In this document: positions 17,483 through 24,692 of the stretch, piece after piece
Numbering within the stretch: the first letter of the stretch is position 1
Layout of the letters: every line of letters begins with the position of its first letter
Source of the DNA: a virus
Taxonomy: Duplodnaviria > Heunggongvirae > Uroviricota > Caudoviricetes
Direction: 5' to 3' (one strand)
IMG/VR virus record: IMGVR_UViG_2823949316_000001
Location: 69,531-95,542 of that record
Length of the DNA stretch: 26,012 nt
Translations under genes and position numbers: made by a program
The notes under the pieces: model-generated
The model's input: the letters and a program-made list of their open reading frames with translations, nothing else
What the model was told of the DNA's origin: nothing
The model's database searches: none

Positions 17483-17968
17483 ATGGTGGCAATTCTCACC
17501 GAACAGGGTCGCGTCGCTGTCGCCGCCTACATGTCAGAACAGCCGCTGCATATGGCCTGGGGCAATGGCAGTGTTGCATGGGATACGACCCCTGTGCAGG
17601 CTGGCCCGAACGAAACCAGCCTCGTTGCCGAGGTCGGTCGCCTGAAGGCAACTGCCATCCAGTACGCGGTGCCCAACGCAAGCGGCACCATCGACCTCCC
17701 CGAAGGTCGTTTCAACGTCAGTGCGACGCCGACCAAATACCTGCTGCTGACCTTCGAGTTCGCCTACAACCACGCAATCGGCGAGGATATCCGCGAGCTG
17801 GGTGTGTTCATCGGCACGACCCTCGCCACTGGCGTGCCTGCTGGCACCATCTACCTGACCCCTGATCAGATCGACAACCCTGGTCGCCTTGTGGTCGTTG
17901 AGCGCGTGGCTCGGTTCACTCGTCAGTCGAACACCAAGCAGAAATTCACCTACGTGATCGAGTTCTGA
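17483..17968 (+). CDS. Baseplate/fibre-attachment protein (161 aa)
   Basis: SD GAGGG at 17474-17478 before ATG 17483. LHMAWGNG...NETSLVAEVG...IRELGVF pattern recalled from the small gene preceding DUF4815-type genes in large myoviruses. Confidence 0.65.
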   Translation: MVAILTEQGRVAVAAYMSEQPLHMAWGNGSVAWDTTPVQAGPNETSLVAEVGRLKATAIQYAVPNASGTIDLPEGRFNVSATPTKYLLLTFEFAYNHAIGEDIRELGVFIGTTLATGVPAGTIYLTPDQIDNPGRLVVVERVARFTRQSNTKQKFTYVIEF

Positions 17969-17972
17969 TTCC

Positions 17973-19937
17973 ATGGCTGATATCGAGCTGGACAACTATT
18001 ACAACCGCTACAACCCGGCCAAACAGTACGAAGAGCACCTGTTTCGTGCGGGCAACGTGCTGCAGTCGGCTGAGCTGAACGAGATTCAGGCCTGCTCGGC
18101 GCAGCGCCACCGGATGATGGGCGACGCGCTCTTCAAGGACGGCGACATCGTGCGCGATGCTCGCGTGATCGTGGACAGCGTCACCGGTGCTGTGATCGCC
18201 GAGTCTGGAGCCATCTACCTGGATGGCCAGGTGCGCGGTGTGCCGCCGGCAAACTTTACGATCCCGCTGACGGGAACTGTGGTCATCGGTATCTATCTGC
18301 TTGAGTCGATCGTCACCGAACAGGAAGACCCTGAGCTCGCCGAGCCAGCCACGGACGTCCGCGCCTATGGAGAGCCGGGCGCAGCCCGCCTCAAGGTCGT
18401 GCCGATCTGGGGCATCCAGGGAGAGCGCGATGACGCAGAGTTCTACCCGATCTACTACGTCGACGATGGCCAGCTCCGCGCCAAGGAGGCGCCGCCTGTT
18501 CTGGATGCCGTGAGCCAGGCAATCGCCCGCTACGACATCGACAGCTCTGGCTCGAACTACGTGGTCGAGGGCATGCTGGTGCGACGCCTGTCCGATGAAG
18601 GCACGAACCAGGTGTACACCGTGGATGACGGCCGGGCGCGCGTGAACGGCTTCGGCGTCAACCTGACCAACTCGCGGCGCCTGGTGTATCAGACCGAACC
18701 AGTCATCAAATTGATCGACAGCGAGCCGACCACGTCCACGTCTGCAACGCTGCAGCACGTAACCTTTGCCCGCCCGCCGGCGCGCGATGTCGTTCAGGTG
18801 CGCATCACCGAGCAGTCGTCCGCTACGATGACGCACGCCAGCTTCTCTGGCGGTGCCGACCCGCTGCCTGACACGTCTGTCGTGCAGATCATGAGTGTCA
18901 CCCAGGGCGGCACCACCTTTGTGGAGGGCGCCGACTATGTGCTGACCGGGCAGACCGTAGACTGGTCGCCGGCTGGCAATGAGCCCGCCCCGGGCTCGAC
19001 CTACCAGGTCGTATACCGACACATTTCGACTGCCCAGCCGCAGAATCTGACCGCCAAAGGCTTTGACGTGGCCGGCGCCGTGGTCGGCAGCCTGATCCTG
19101 ACCACATACAACTGCATGCTGCCCCGGATCGATCGCCTGTGCATCGATGACAGCGGCCAGTTCGTGTGGGTGCAGGGCGTGTCGACCGACTACAACCCGG
19201 TGCGGCCGTCCGTCCCGTCCACGATGATCGCCCTGGCCCAGGTTCAGCAGAACTGGGACGATACCACCGTCGTCAACAATGATGGTGTGCGCACGGTCTC
19301 CATGCGCGAGATCGAAACCATGTTCACCCGCATGGATCAACTGACGGATCTCGTGGCGCAGCAGCTGCTGATCTCGGATGTGTCTACCCGCGAGGCGGCG
19401 GCCAAGAAGGGGATCTTCTCCGACCCATTCCTGAACGATAACCACCGTGACATCGGTGTCGCGCAGACCGCCGCGATCAGCAGCGGCGTACTCACCCTGC
19501 CGATTATCCCTGCCGTTCGCTCTGTCGGCAGCGACATCGAGACGCCGCAGAAGTGCGCCTTCGAGATCGAGGTGGTCATCGACCAGGCTGAGCGCACCGG
19601 TACCATGAAGGTCAACCCCTACATGGCGTTCGACGTGCCTGCAGCGCCAGTTACGCTGAATCCTTCCGTGGATCGGTGGACTGAGACCAGCACGCAGTGG
19701 CTCAGCGACGTCACGCAGAAGTTCATTGCCTACGACCCGGGCTATCACTACGCCCAGGGGAGCGGCCGAGGCCCGACCTATGTGGTGACCAGCCAGAACA
19801 CCAATTTGGTCTCGAGCAAATCGACGGCGATCGCTTACCTGCGACAGATCCCGATCAACTTCACTATCACCGGCTTTGGCCCGGGCGAAACGCTCACCAG
19901 CGTCACGTTCGATGGCATCCCTGTGACTCCGGTTTAA
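17973..19937 (+). CDS. DUF4815-like tail/baseplate adsorption protein, N-terminal part (654 aa)
   Basis: YYNRYNPAKQYEEHLFRAGNVLQSAELNEIQ start and GIFSDPFLND motif resemble the DUF4815 family (recalled, not searched). Confidence 0.72.
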   Translation: MADIELDNYYNRYNPAKQYEEHLFRAGNVLQSAELNEIQACSAQRHRMMGDALFKDGDIVRDARVIVDSVTGAVIAESGAIYLDGQVRGVPPANFTIPLTGTVVIGIYLLESIVTEQEDPELAEPATDVRAYGEPGAARLKVVPIWGIQGERDDAEFYPIYYVDDGQLRAKEAPPVLDAVSQAIARYDIDSSGSNYVVEGMLVRRLSDEGTNQVYTVDDGRARVNGFGVNLTNSRRLVYQTEPVIKLIDSEPTTSTSATLQHVTFARPPARDVVQVRITEQSSATMTHASFSGGADPLPDTSVVQIMSVTQGGTTFVEGADYVLTGQTVDWSPAGNEPAPGSTYQVVYRHISTAQPQNLTAKGFDVAGAVVGSLILTTYNCMLPRIDRLCIDDSGQFVWVQGVSTDYNPVRPSVPSTMIALAQVQQNWDDTTVVNNDGVRTVSMREIETMFTRMDQLTDLVAQQLLISDVSTREAAAKKGIFSDPFLNDNHRDIGVAQTAAISSGVLTLPIIPAVRSVGSDIETPQKCAFEIEVVIDQAERTGTMKVNPYMAFDVPAAPVTLNPSVDRWTETSTQWLSDVTQKFIAYDPGYHYAQGSGRGPTYVVTSQNTNLVSSKSTAIAYLRQIPINFTITGFGPGETLTSVTFDGIPVTPV

Positions 19938-19946
19938 GGAACCTTC

Positions 19947-21155
19947 ATGGCTCTCACTGCAAATCCACAAGGTGTAGTCACCGGGCAATTCACTATCCCG
20001 GCCAACGTATCTGCTGGCTCGAAGCGGGTTGAATTCAAGGGCTCCGGCGGCAGCCACGCCAGTGCCTCGTTCTTCGGTCAGGGCACTTTCGTTGAGAACG
20101 TGATGCAGAAGGTGGTCAACTCGACCACCCGCTATTACGACCCGCTCGCCCAAACCTTCTATCTCGACAGCCTGCGCCAGGTCGCCGGGCTCGACCTCTA
20201 CGTCGAAGCGAAGGGTACGACGCCGATCGTCGTGCATATCCGCGAGACCTCGAACGGCTATCCGGCCCAGACCATCTTGGCAGAGGCCAGTCTTCATCCC
20301 TCCGGCATCACCGCCGGTGCGTGGAACCGCTGGCTGTTCCAGACCCCGGTAACCCTGCTGCCGAATGTCGAATACTGCATCGTCGTCATGTGTGATGACG
20401 CAGTGTCCTCGATTGGGATCGCCGAGCTTGGCAAATGGTCGCTTTCGAGTCAGCGCTGGGTCACCAGCCAGGCGTCCAACGTTGGTGTGCTCTTCTCCTC
20501 GTCGAACAACTCGACATGGACGGCGCACCAAGACCGTGACATGACCTTCCGTTTGCTGGCGGCCAAGTACACCCAGGCCCAGCGTGTCGTTGATCTTGGT
20601 ACCGTAGCTGCCAGCGGGCATACCGACGCACTCGTGCTGTCCGCGCCTGACACCCCGACCAGCGAGACCACCTTCAGTATCGACCTGGAGCTGCCTGACG
20701 GCACCGTGATCACCACGGGTGACAGCCAGAAGGTGACGTTCATTCCCGCCGTGACCGGCAATATTGGCGTGAAAGCCCGGCTGTCCGCGAGCGAGCATGT
20801 GTCGACTACGGTATTCCCGGGCACGGTGCTCGCGCTGGGCACCGTCCAAACCACGGCTGACTATGTGTCGAGGGCGTTCCCAGCTGGCGCGCCTGATAGC
20901 GATGTCATGGTGATCTTCGACGCCTACCTGCCTTCTGGCTCGACCGTTGCGGTTTCTTTGTCCGGCACCGGGGCTGGCGACACATGGGAGACGATCCCCC
21001 AGGACGGCGTTGCGCTTCCCATTGGCGACGGGCTGTATGAGTATCGATTCAAGAAGGTCGACTTCAACAAGGCCAACTGCAAGATCAAGCTGGTTCTCAA
21101 TGGCACCAACGCCGCCCGGCCGATCGTCCGTAACCTGCGTGCGAGTGTGACCTGA
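19947..21155 (+). CDS. DUF4815-like protein, C-terminal part (402 aa)
   Basis: Same frame as the preceding ORF; DPLAQTF...GLDLYV and HQDRDMTFRL motifs; SD TAAGGA. Confidence 0.7.
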   Translation: MALTANPQGVVTGQFTIPANVSAGSKRVEFKGSGGSHASASFFGQGTFVENVMQKVVNSTTRYYDPLAQTFYLDSLRQVAGLDLYVEAKGTTPIVVHIRETSNGYPAQTILAEASLHPSGITAGAWNRWLFQTPVTLLPNVEYCIVVMCDDAVSSIGIAELGKWSLSSQRWVTSQASNVGVLFSSSNNSTWTAHQDRDMTFRLLAAKYTQAQRVVDLGTVAASGHTDALVLSAPDTPTSETTFSIDLELPDGTVITTGDSQKVTFIPAVTGNIGVKARLSASEHVSTTVFPGTVLALGTVQTTADYVSRAFPAGAPDSDVMVIFDAYLPSGSTVAVSLSGTGAGDTWETIPQDGVALPIGDGLYEYRFKKVDFNKANCKIKLVLNGTNAARPIVRNLRASVT

Positions 21156-21571
21156 TGATCGACGATCGCACTCCTGCGCTACAGCTTCCGCTGCCGCACG
21201 CCGACAACTACCTGGACGACGACGTCGCCAGGTTGCGGGAGGCCTTCACCTCGCTGGACGAGTTGCTGGCGTCCGACGACCCGGCCCTGTCGAGCATTCA
21301 GGAGCTGGTCGATGCGATCAAGGAAAATGCATCGAACATCATGACCCTGCGGGAGGATGCTGAGGAGGTGCAGACGCTGGCCGCTGACCAGACCGTGGTC
21401 AACCTCAATAGTCTGACCGATACGACTGGCTGTACCGTCTTCATTGAAGGCGTTCGCCTGAACAAGAACCAGTGGACGCGGGATCCTGCAGTAATGACCC
21501 GCTTCACTCTCACCCAGAGTTATTCGGCGCCAATGGTCATTACCATCGTGCGTCGTCAGGGAGGCGTGTGA
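21155..21571 (+). CDS. Tail fibre anchor/adaptor-like protein (138 aa)
   Basis: TGATG coupling; N-terminal MIDDRTPALQLPLPHADNYLDDDVARLREAF resembles fibre N-terminal anchors; coiled-coil middle. Confidence 0.55.
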   Translation: MIDDRTPALQLPLPHADNYLDDDVARLREAFTSLDELLASDDPALSSIQELVDAIKENASNIMTLREDAEEVQTLAADQTVVNLNSLTDTTGCTVFIEGVRLNKNQWTRDPAVMTRFTLTQSYSAPMVITIVRRQGGV

Positions 21572-22260
21572 GCAAACTACTCGACTTTTGGGGCGACATG
21601 ACTGGTGTCGTCCTCGACTATGCCCTTCCAACGCCGCCGAGTTCGGCCTGGGCTATGTGTTACGGGCAGGCACTGGTAGCGGGCGTACCTGAGACCGCGG
21701 CCCTTCGGAAAAAGCTCATCGACGCCGGCTTCCCGCACGGTAAGAATGGCAACAACGACCCGCTCGTGCCCGATGGCCGTGGCCGTGTGTTCGCTGGCTG
21801 GGACAGCATGGGCGGCACAGCTGCTGGGCGCTTAACGACAGCCGGCGGCGGGGTTAATGGGGCTGCCCTGGGGGCCGTTGGTGGCGCGCAAGCGCACACA
21901 CTGACAGCTGCGCAAATGCCGCAGCACAACCATGCCGTCACTGATCCTGGGCACAGTCATAGCGTCTATGACCCAACCCACACGCACAGCGTATATGACC
22001 CTGGGCACACCCACTCGATCACAACTACCGACACGGCTGATACGACGACCGGGTCACCAGGTAACGCGCAGGGCACAGCGAACCGAATTTTCAACGCCAA
22101 CGTCACTGCAAGCGCTACCGGCGTAAGCATCTACGGCGCCGCCACCGGCGTCAGTATCTATGCGTCCGGCACCGGGATCAGCACGCAAAACAACGGCTCC
22201 GGCGCCGCTCATCCGATCACCCAGCCGACCGGCGTGATGAACAAGATCATCAAACTCTGA
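21568..22260 (+). CDS. Tail fibre with tail-collar domain and His-x-His needle tip (230 aa)
   Basis: GTGA overlap with SD GGAGG; collar motifs (WAMCYGQ; VPDGRGRVFAGWD; GGAQAHTLTAAQMPQHNH; QPTGVMNKIIK). Confidence 0.85.
   Translation: MSKLLDFWGDMTGVVLDYALPTPPSSAWAMCYGQALVAGVPETAALRKKLIDAGFPHGKNGNNDPLVPDGRGRVFAGWDSMGGTAAGRLTTAGGGVNGAALGAVGGAQAHTLTAAQMPQHNHAVTDPGHSHSVYDPTHTHSVYDPGHTHSITTTDTADTTTGSPGNAQGTANRIFNANVTASATGVSIYGAATGVSIYASGTGISTQNNGSGAAHPITQPTGVMNKIIKL
21925..22191 (+). repeat. 27-bp period repeats: DPxHxHSVY x3 outbound and xATGVSIYx x3 inbound
   Basis: 21943-22023 and 22111-22191, separated by a non-repetitive loop. Confidence 0.85.
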
Positions 22261-22268
22261 CCGCCTGT

Positions 22269-22284
22269 GTCGTGACAGCAAACT
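22269..22284 (+). promoter_or_regulatory. Late-promoter-like motif, copy 7 (GTCGTGAC-AG-CAAACT), upstream of the lysis cassette
   Basis: GTCGTGAC AG CAAACT ACCCCA A. Confidence 0.72.
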
Positions 22285-22313
22285 ACCCCAAGACGCAAAT
22301 CTTGGGGTTTTTT
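22285..22313 (+). terminator. Terminator-like hairpin that also pairs the holin SD
   Basis: Perfect 9-bp stem ACCCCAAGA / TCTTGGGGT, loop CGCAAA, T-run to 22313, ATG at 22314. Confidence 0.75.
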
Positions 22314-22526
22314 ATGCAATTTATCGACGACTGGAAACGCCAGTTTCCGCGCCTCTGGAGCGTAAGGCTTTCGCTCTTGGCTGCGCTCGTGTCCAGCGTC
22401 GAGGCTGGGTTCACTTACTGGGCAACGGGCAAGGCTCCTGTCCTTGTTGTGGCGGCCGCCGTTATCTCGCTCGGCGCATCCGTGGCCCGCATCGTCGCTC
22501 AGGTAAAGGTGAGCGACAATGGCTAA
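22314..22526 (+). CDS. Holin-like membrane protein (70 aa)
   Basis: MQFIDDWKRQFPRLWSVRL start, two hydrophobic segments, directly upstream of and overlapping the endolysin. Confidence 0.75.
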   Translation: MQFIDDWKRQFPRLWSVRLSLLAALVSSVEAGFTYWATGKAPVLVVAAAVISLGASVARIVAQVKVSDNG

Positions 22527-23016
22527 AGTCGGTTCCCGCACCCTGCAAGGCACTGTCGGCGCCGGCGCCGCTGCTCTCCTCCTCGCCTACGTGCCGATGT
22601 TCGAAGGCACTATCCTGCGGGGTCACCTCGATCCGATCGGCATCGTCACGGCCTGCACGGGTCACACCAAGACCGCCGTGCTGGGCCGGCCGTACAGTGC
22701 TGAGCAGTGCAAGGCGCTGCTGGATCAGGATCTGGTCGAGCACGCCCAGGGCGTCCTGCGCTGCACGCCTTCACTGGAAGGCAAGACCTACCAGCTGGCC
22801 GCCGCCAGCAGCTTCGCCTTCAACGTTGGCGTCGGCGCTTACTGCAAGAGCTCGATCGCCCGTGCGTTCAACGCTGGCGACGCGATCACGGCCTGCAAGC
22901 GATTCAACGAGAATGCCGCCGGGCGCCCGCAGTGGGTGTCGGCCGGCGGCAAGGTTCTCCCCGGACTCGTCAAACGCCGCGCTATCGAGCGGCAAATGTG
23001 CGAGGGCAAGCTGTGA
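22519..23016 (+). CDS. SAR endolysin, GH24 phage lysozyme (165 aa)
   Basis: Weakly hydrophobic Ala/Gly-rich N-terminus; catalytic triad E-x8-D-x5-T (FEGTILRGHLDPIGIVT); FAFNVG and GLVKRRAIER motifs. Confidence 0.92.
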   Translation: MAKVGSRTLQGTVGAGAAALLLAYVPMFEGTILRGHLDPIGIVTACTGHTKTAVLGRPYSAEQCKALLDQDLVEHAQGVLRCTPSLEGKTYQLAAASSFAFNVGVGAYCKSSIARAFNAGDAITACKRFNENAAGRPQWVSAGGKVLPGLVKRRAIERQMCEGKL

Positions 23017-23053
23017 TGCCCATGCACCCACCAATCAACCGAGACCAGTAGTA

Positions 23054-23257
23054 ATGGCATCCGATGAGAAAGAGTTTCGGGAGATGGGTACCCAGATCGT
23101 CCGCCTTCAGGGGCAGGTCGAGCACATCCAGGAGCGGATGAAGAGTTTTGTCACGCAGGCCGAGTTCATCCCGGTGCGGATCATTGCATACGGACTGACT
23201 GGCATGACGCTGACCTCTGTCTTCGCCGCTCTGCTAGCGAAGGTCATCATCAAATGA
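23054..23257 (+). CDS. Small membrane protein, coiled coil plus C-terminal TM (67 aa)
   Basis: MASDEKEFREMGTQIVRLQGQVEHIQERMK...IIAYGLTGMTLTSVFAALLAKVIIK; ATGA overlap with the next gene. Confidence 0.7.
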   Translation: MASDEKEFREMGTQIVRLQGQVEHIQERMKSFVTQAEFIPVRIIAYGLTGMTLTSVFAALLAKVIIK

Positions 23258-23703
23258 GACGACAAATCCCCGCCAACATCGCTATCCCACTCATGGTGCT
23301 GTTCGCACTCTTCATCATGGTCAGCACCTGGTGGTGGGTCGTTCTCTCCGGCAGCAATCCCTACACCGTGACCAACGTCGGCGTGGTCAATGTCCGCGGC
23401 GAAGCGCAGGAGCAGTTCCGTCCGGGCGAGGTGGTCGGCATCATCCGCAATATCTGCACGAGCGAGAGCATCGGCACATCGTTCAATCCCGGACTGCGCA
23501 ATGACATCGGCCTGTTATTCCCCCTGCCAGGCGGCGTCATCCATAGCGAGGCCGGGTGCCGCCAGGGCAAGTACGGCTTCATCATGCCGAACCTGCCGCC
23601 CGGCACCTACACCTACGTCAATACAGTCCTGTACCAGAGCAACCTGGTAGGCCGTGACGAGCACGCGATCTTCCCGCCGCTAACCCTTGAGGTTCTGCCA
23701 TGA
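23254..23703 (+). CDS. Membrane-anchored protein with predicted periplasmic beta domain and two Cys (149 aa)
   Basis: N-terminal TM (IAIPLMVLFALFIMVSTWWWVVL) then a soluble beta-rich domain; ATGA-coupled on both sides. Confidence 0.75.
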   Translation: MRRQIPANIAIPLMVLFALFIMVSTWWWVVLSGSNPYTVTNVGVVNVRGEAQEQFRPGEVVGIIRNICTSESIGTSFNPGLRNDIGLLFPLPGGVIHSEAGCRQGKYGFIMPNLPPGTYTYVNTVLYQSNLVGRDEHAIFPPLTLEVLP

Positions 23704-24077
23704 TCTCCCTGCGAACCGCCAGCCTGGCGGTTTTAGCTGCCCTCCTGCTCGCCGGCGCTGCCGGTGGTGGTGCCGTCGTTGCTACGTGGAAGGCCAATGC
23801 CGGCCACGGCCAGGCGCTGCAGGACAAAGACGCTACCATCCTGCGCCTGGAGGGCCAGGTGTCCGAGCTCAAGCTGGCGATCGCCGAGCAGAACAAGGGC
23901 GTGGCGGTGGCCGAGGCCCAGGCCAAGGCAATCGACGACATGCAGGCCCAGGCCCAGCGGCACCTGACCGAGATGGCGACCTTCAGCCAGGGCCGCATGG
24001 ACAAGCTGGCCAAACTGGCTGAGCAGTCGACGAGCTGCGGTGAGGTGCTGCGCGGTAACTGGGAGATGCGGCGATGA
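23700..24077 (+). CDS. i-spanin (Rz-like, 125 aa)
   Basis: N-terminal TM followed by a long coiled coil and one C-terminal Cys, in the lysis cassette. Confidence 0.8.
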   Translation: MISLRTASLAVLAALLLAGAAGGGAVVATWKANAGHGQALQDKDATILRLEGQVSELKLAIAEQNKGVAVAEAQAKAIDDMQAQAQRHLTEMATFSQGRMDKLAKLAEQSTSCGEVLRGNWEMRR

Positions 24078-24412
24078 GCGAGCTGAAGAAATTACTGGCC
24101 CAGTGCGCGATCGCCGTGGCGGCCTGCCTGGGCACCCTGGTGATTGCCGGGTGCGCGGCTCCCGTGCAGGCGCCTGCGCCAGAAGTGGTGGTGGTCGAGA
24201 AGAAGGTGAAGGATCCCTGCATCAGCGAGGCGCCGGCCAGGCCGGCGTATGCAACCGGGAAGGGCGACTATCCGGTCGACGCAAAGGGGCAGCCGGATGA
24301 TGCCAAGGCGGCGGCCATCCTGGGCCAGGACTTCGAGCTCGCCGATCAGTACGGCAAGCGGTGGGAGGCGGCTGCCGCCGGCTGCGTGAAGGTGCCGGCG
24401 GCGAACCTCTAA
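24074..24412 (+). CDS. o-spanin (Rz1-like lipoprotein, 112 aa), separated architecture
   Basis: Lipobox LVIAGC; Pro-rich linker; additional Cys residues; follows the i-spanin with an ATGA overlap. Confidence 0.8.
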   Translation: MSELKKLLAQCAIAVAACLGTLVIAGCAAPVQAPAPEVVVVEKKVKDPCISEAPARPAYATGKGDYPVDAKGQPDDAKAAAILGQDFELADQYGKRWEAAAAGCVKVPAANL

Positions 24413-24636
24413 CGGGCGTAGCGCTTGCCGACCAGCTCGGCTTCCGTCTTGCAGGCGACGCACACGTCGAACCCATGCCCGCGGCGCGCTGCGGGCATTT
24501 CCGCATCGCAGTTCACGCACTCGGCCGGGCCGTAGCCGGCGTCGCCGGGCTGGTACTTCACCGGCGCCGGCCGGCTCTTGTTATTGCGTTCCCACTCCTG
24601 CAGCTCAATCTCCTGAGCGCGGTCTTCAGCTGACAT
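24409..24636 (-). CDS. TraR/DksA-family C4 zinc-finger protein (75 aa)
   Basis: CVNC-x16-CVAC; N-terminal EDRAQE helix; SD GGGGAG. Confidence 0.88.
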   Translation of the reverse strand: MSAEDRAQEIELQEWERNNKSRPAPVKYQPGDAGYGPAECVNCDAEMPAARRGHGFDVCVACKTEAELVGKRYAR

Positions 24637-24656
24637 CTTGATCTCCCCAAGGGCAT

Positions 24657-24684
24657 AAAAATGGCGCCGGTGATGTCCGGCGCC
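24657..24684 (-). terminator. Intrinsic terminator-like hairpin between integrase and TraR-like gene
   Basis: Minus strand GGCGCCGG ACATCA CCGGCGCC ATTTTT (perfect 8-bp stem). Confidence 0.75.
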
Positions 24685-24692
24685 TTATGGTT

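Noticed and set aside
21144-21159. AGTGTGAC CT GATGAT at a gene junction
   Set aside because: Two octamer mismatches, hexamer overlaps the start codon, and the +1 base is T.
21563-21584. Degenerate look-alike GGCGTGTG AG CAAACT, sharing AGCAAACTAC with copy 7
   Set aside because: Octamer lacks the conserved AC/AT, overlaps the GTG start so +1 would be inside the gene, and the +1 base is C.
1699-22260. Stand-alone tailocin or extracellular contractile injection system
   Set aside because: Neck/head-joining genes, a full-length tape measure and an integrase argue for a phage; no AAA+ ATPase or toxin cargo seen. The head genes lie outside the window, so intactness is unproven.
12989-22260. Diversity-generating retroelement or invertible fibre cassette
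   Set aside because: No reverse transcriptase or invertase, and I found no template/variable repeat pair or duplicated fibre C-termini.
22265-22278. CTGT...ACAG resembling a LexA box over the lysis promoter
   Set aside because: Spacer is 6 bp, not the 8 bp of the CTGT-N8-ACAG box.
5035-22314. ORF-track starts at 5035, 10050, 17453, 21472, 22272 (and 2465, 22697)
   Set aside because: SD position, stop/start overlaps and promoter placement favour 5041, 10086, 17483, 21568, 22314, 2600 and 23054.
23135-23156. Antisense TGCGTGAC AA AACTCT inside the 67-aa gene
   Set aside because: Octamer and hexamer both deviate from the consensus and there is no plausible downstream target.
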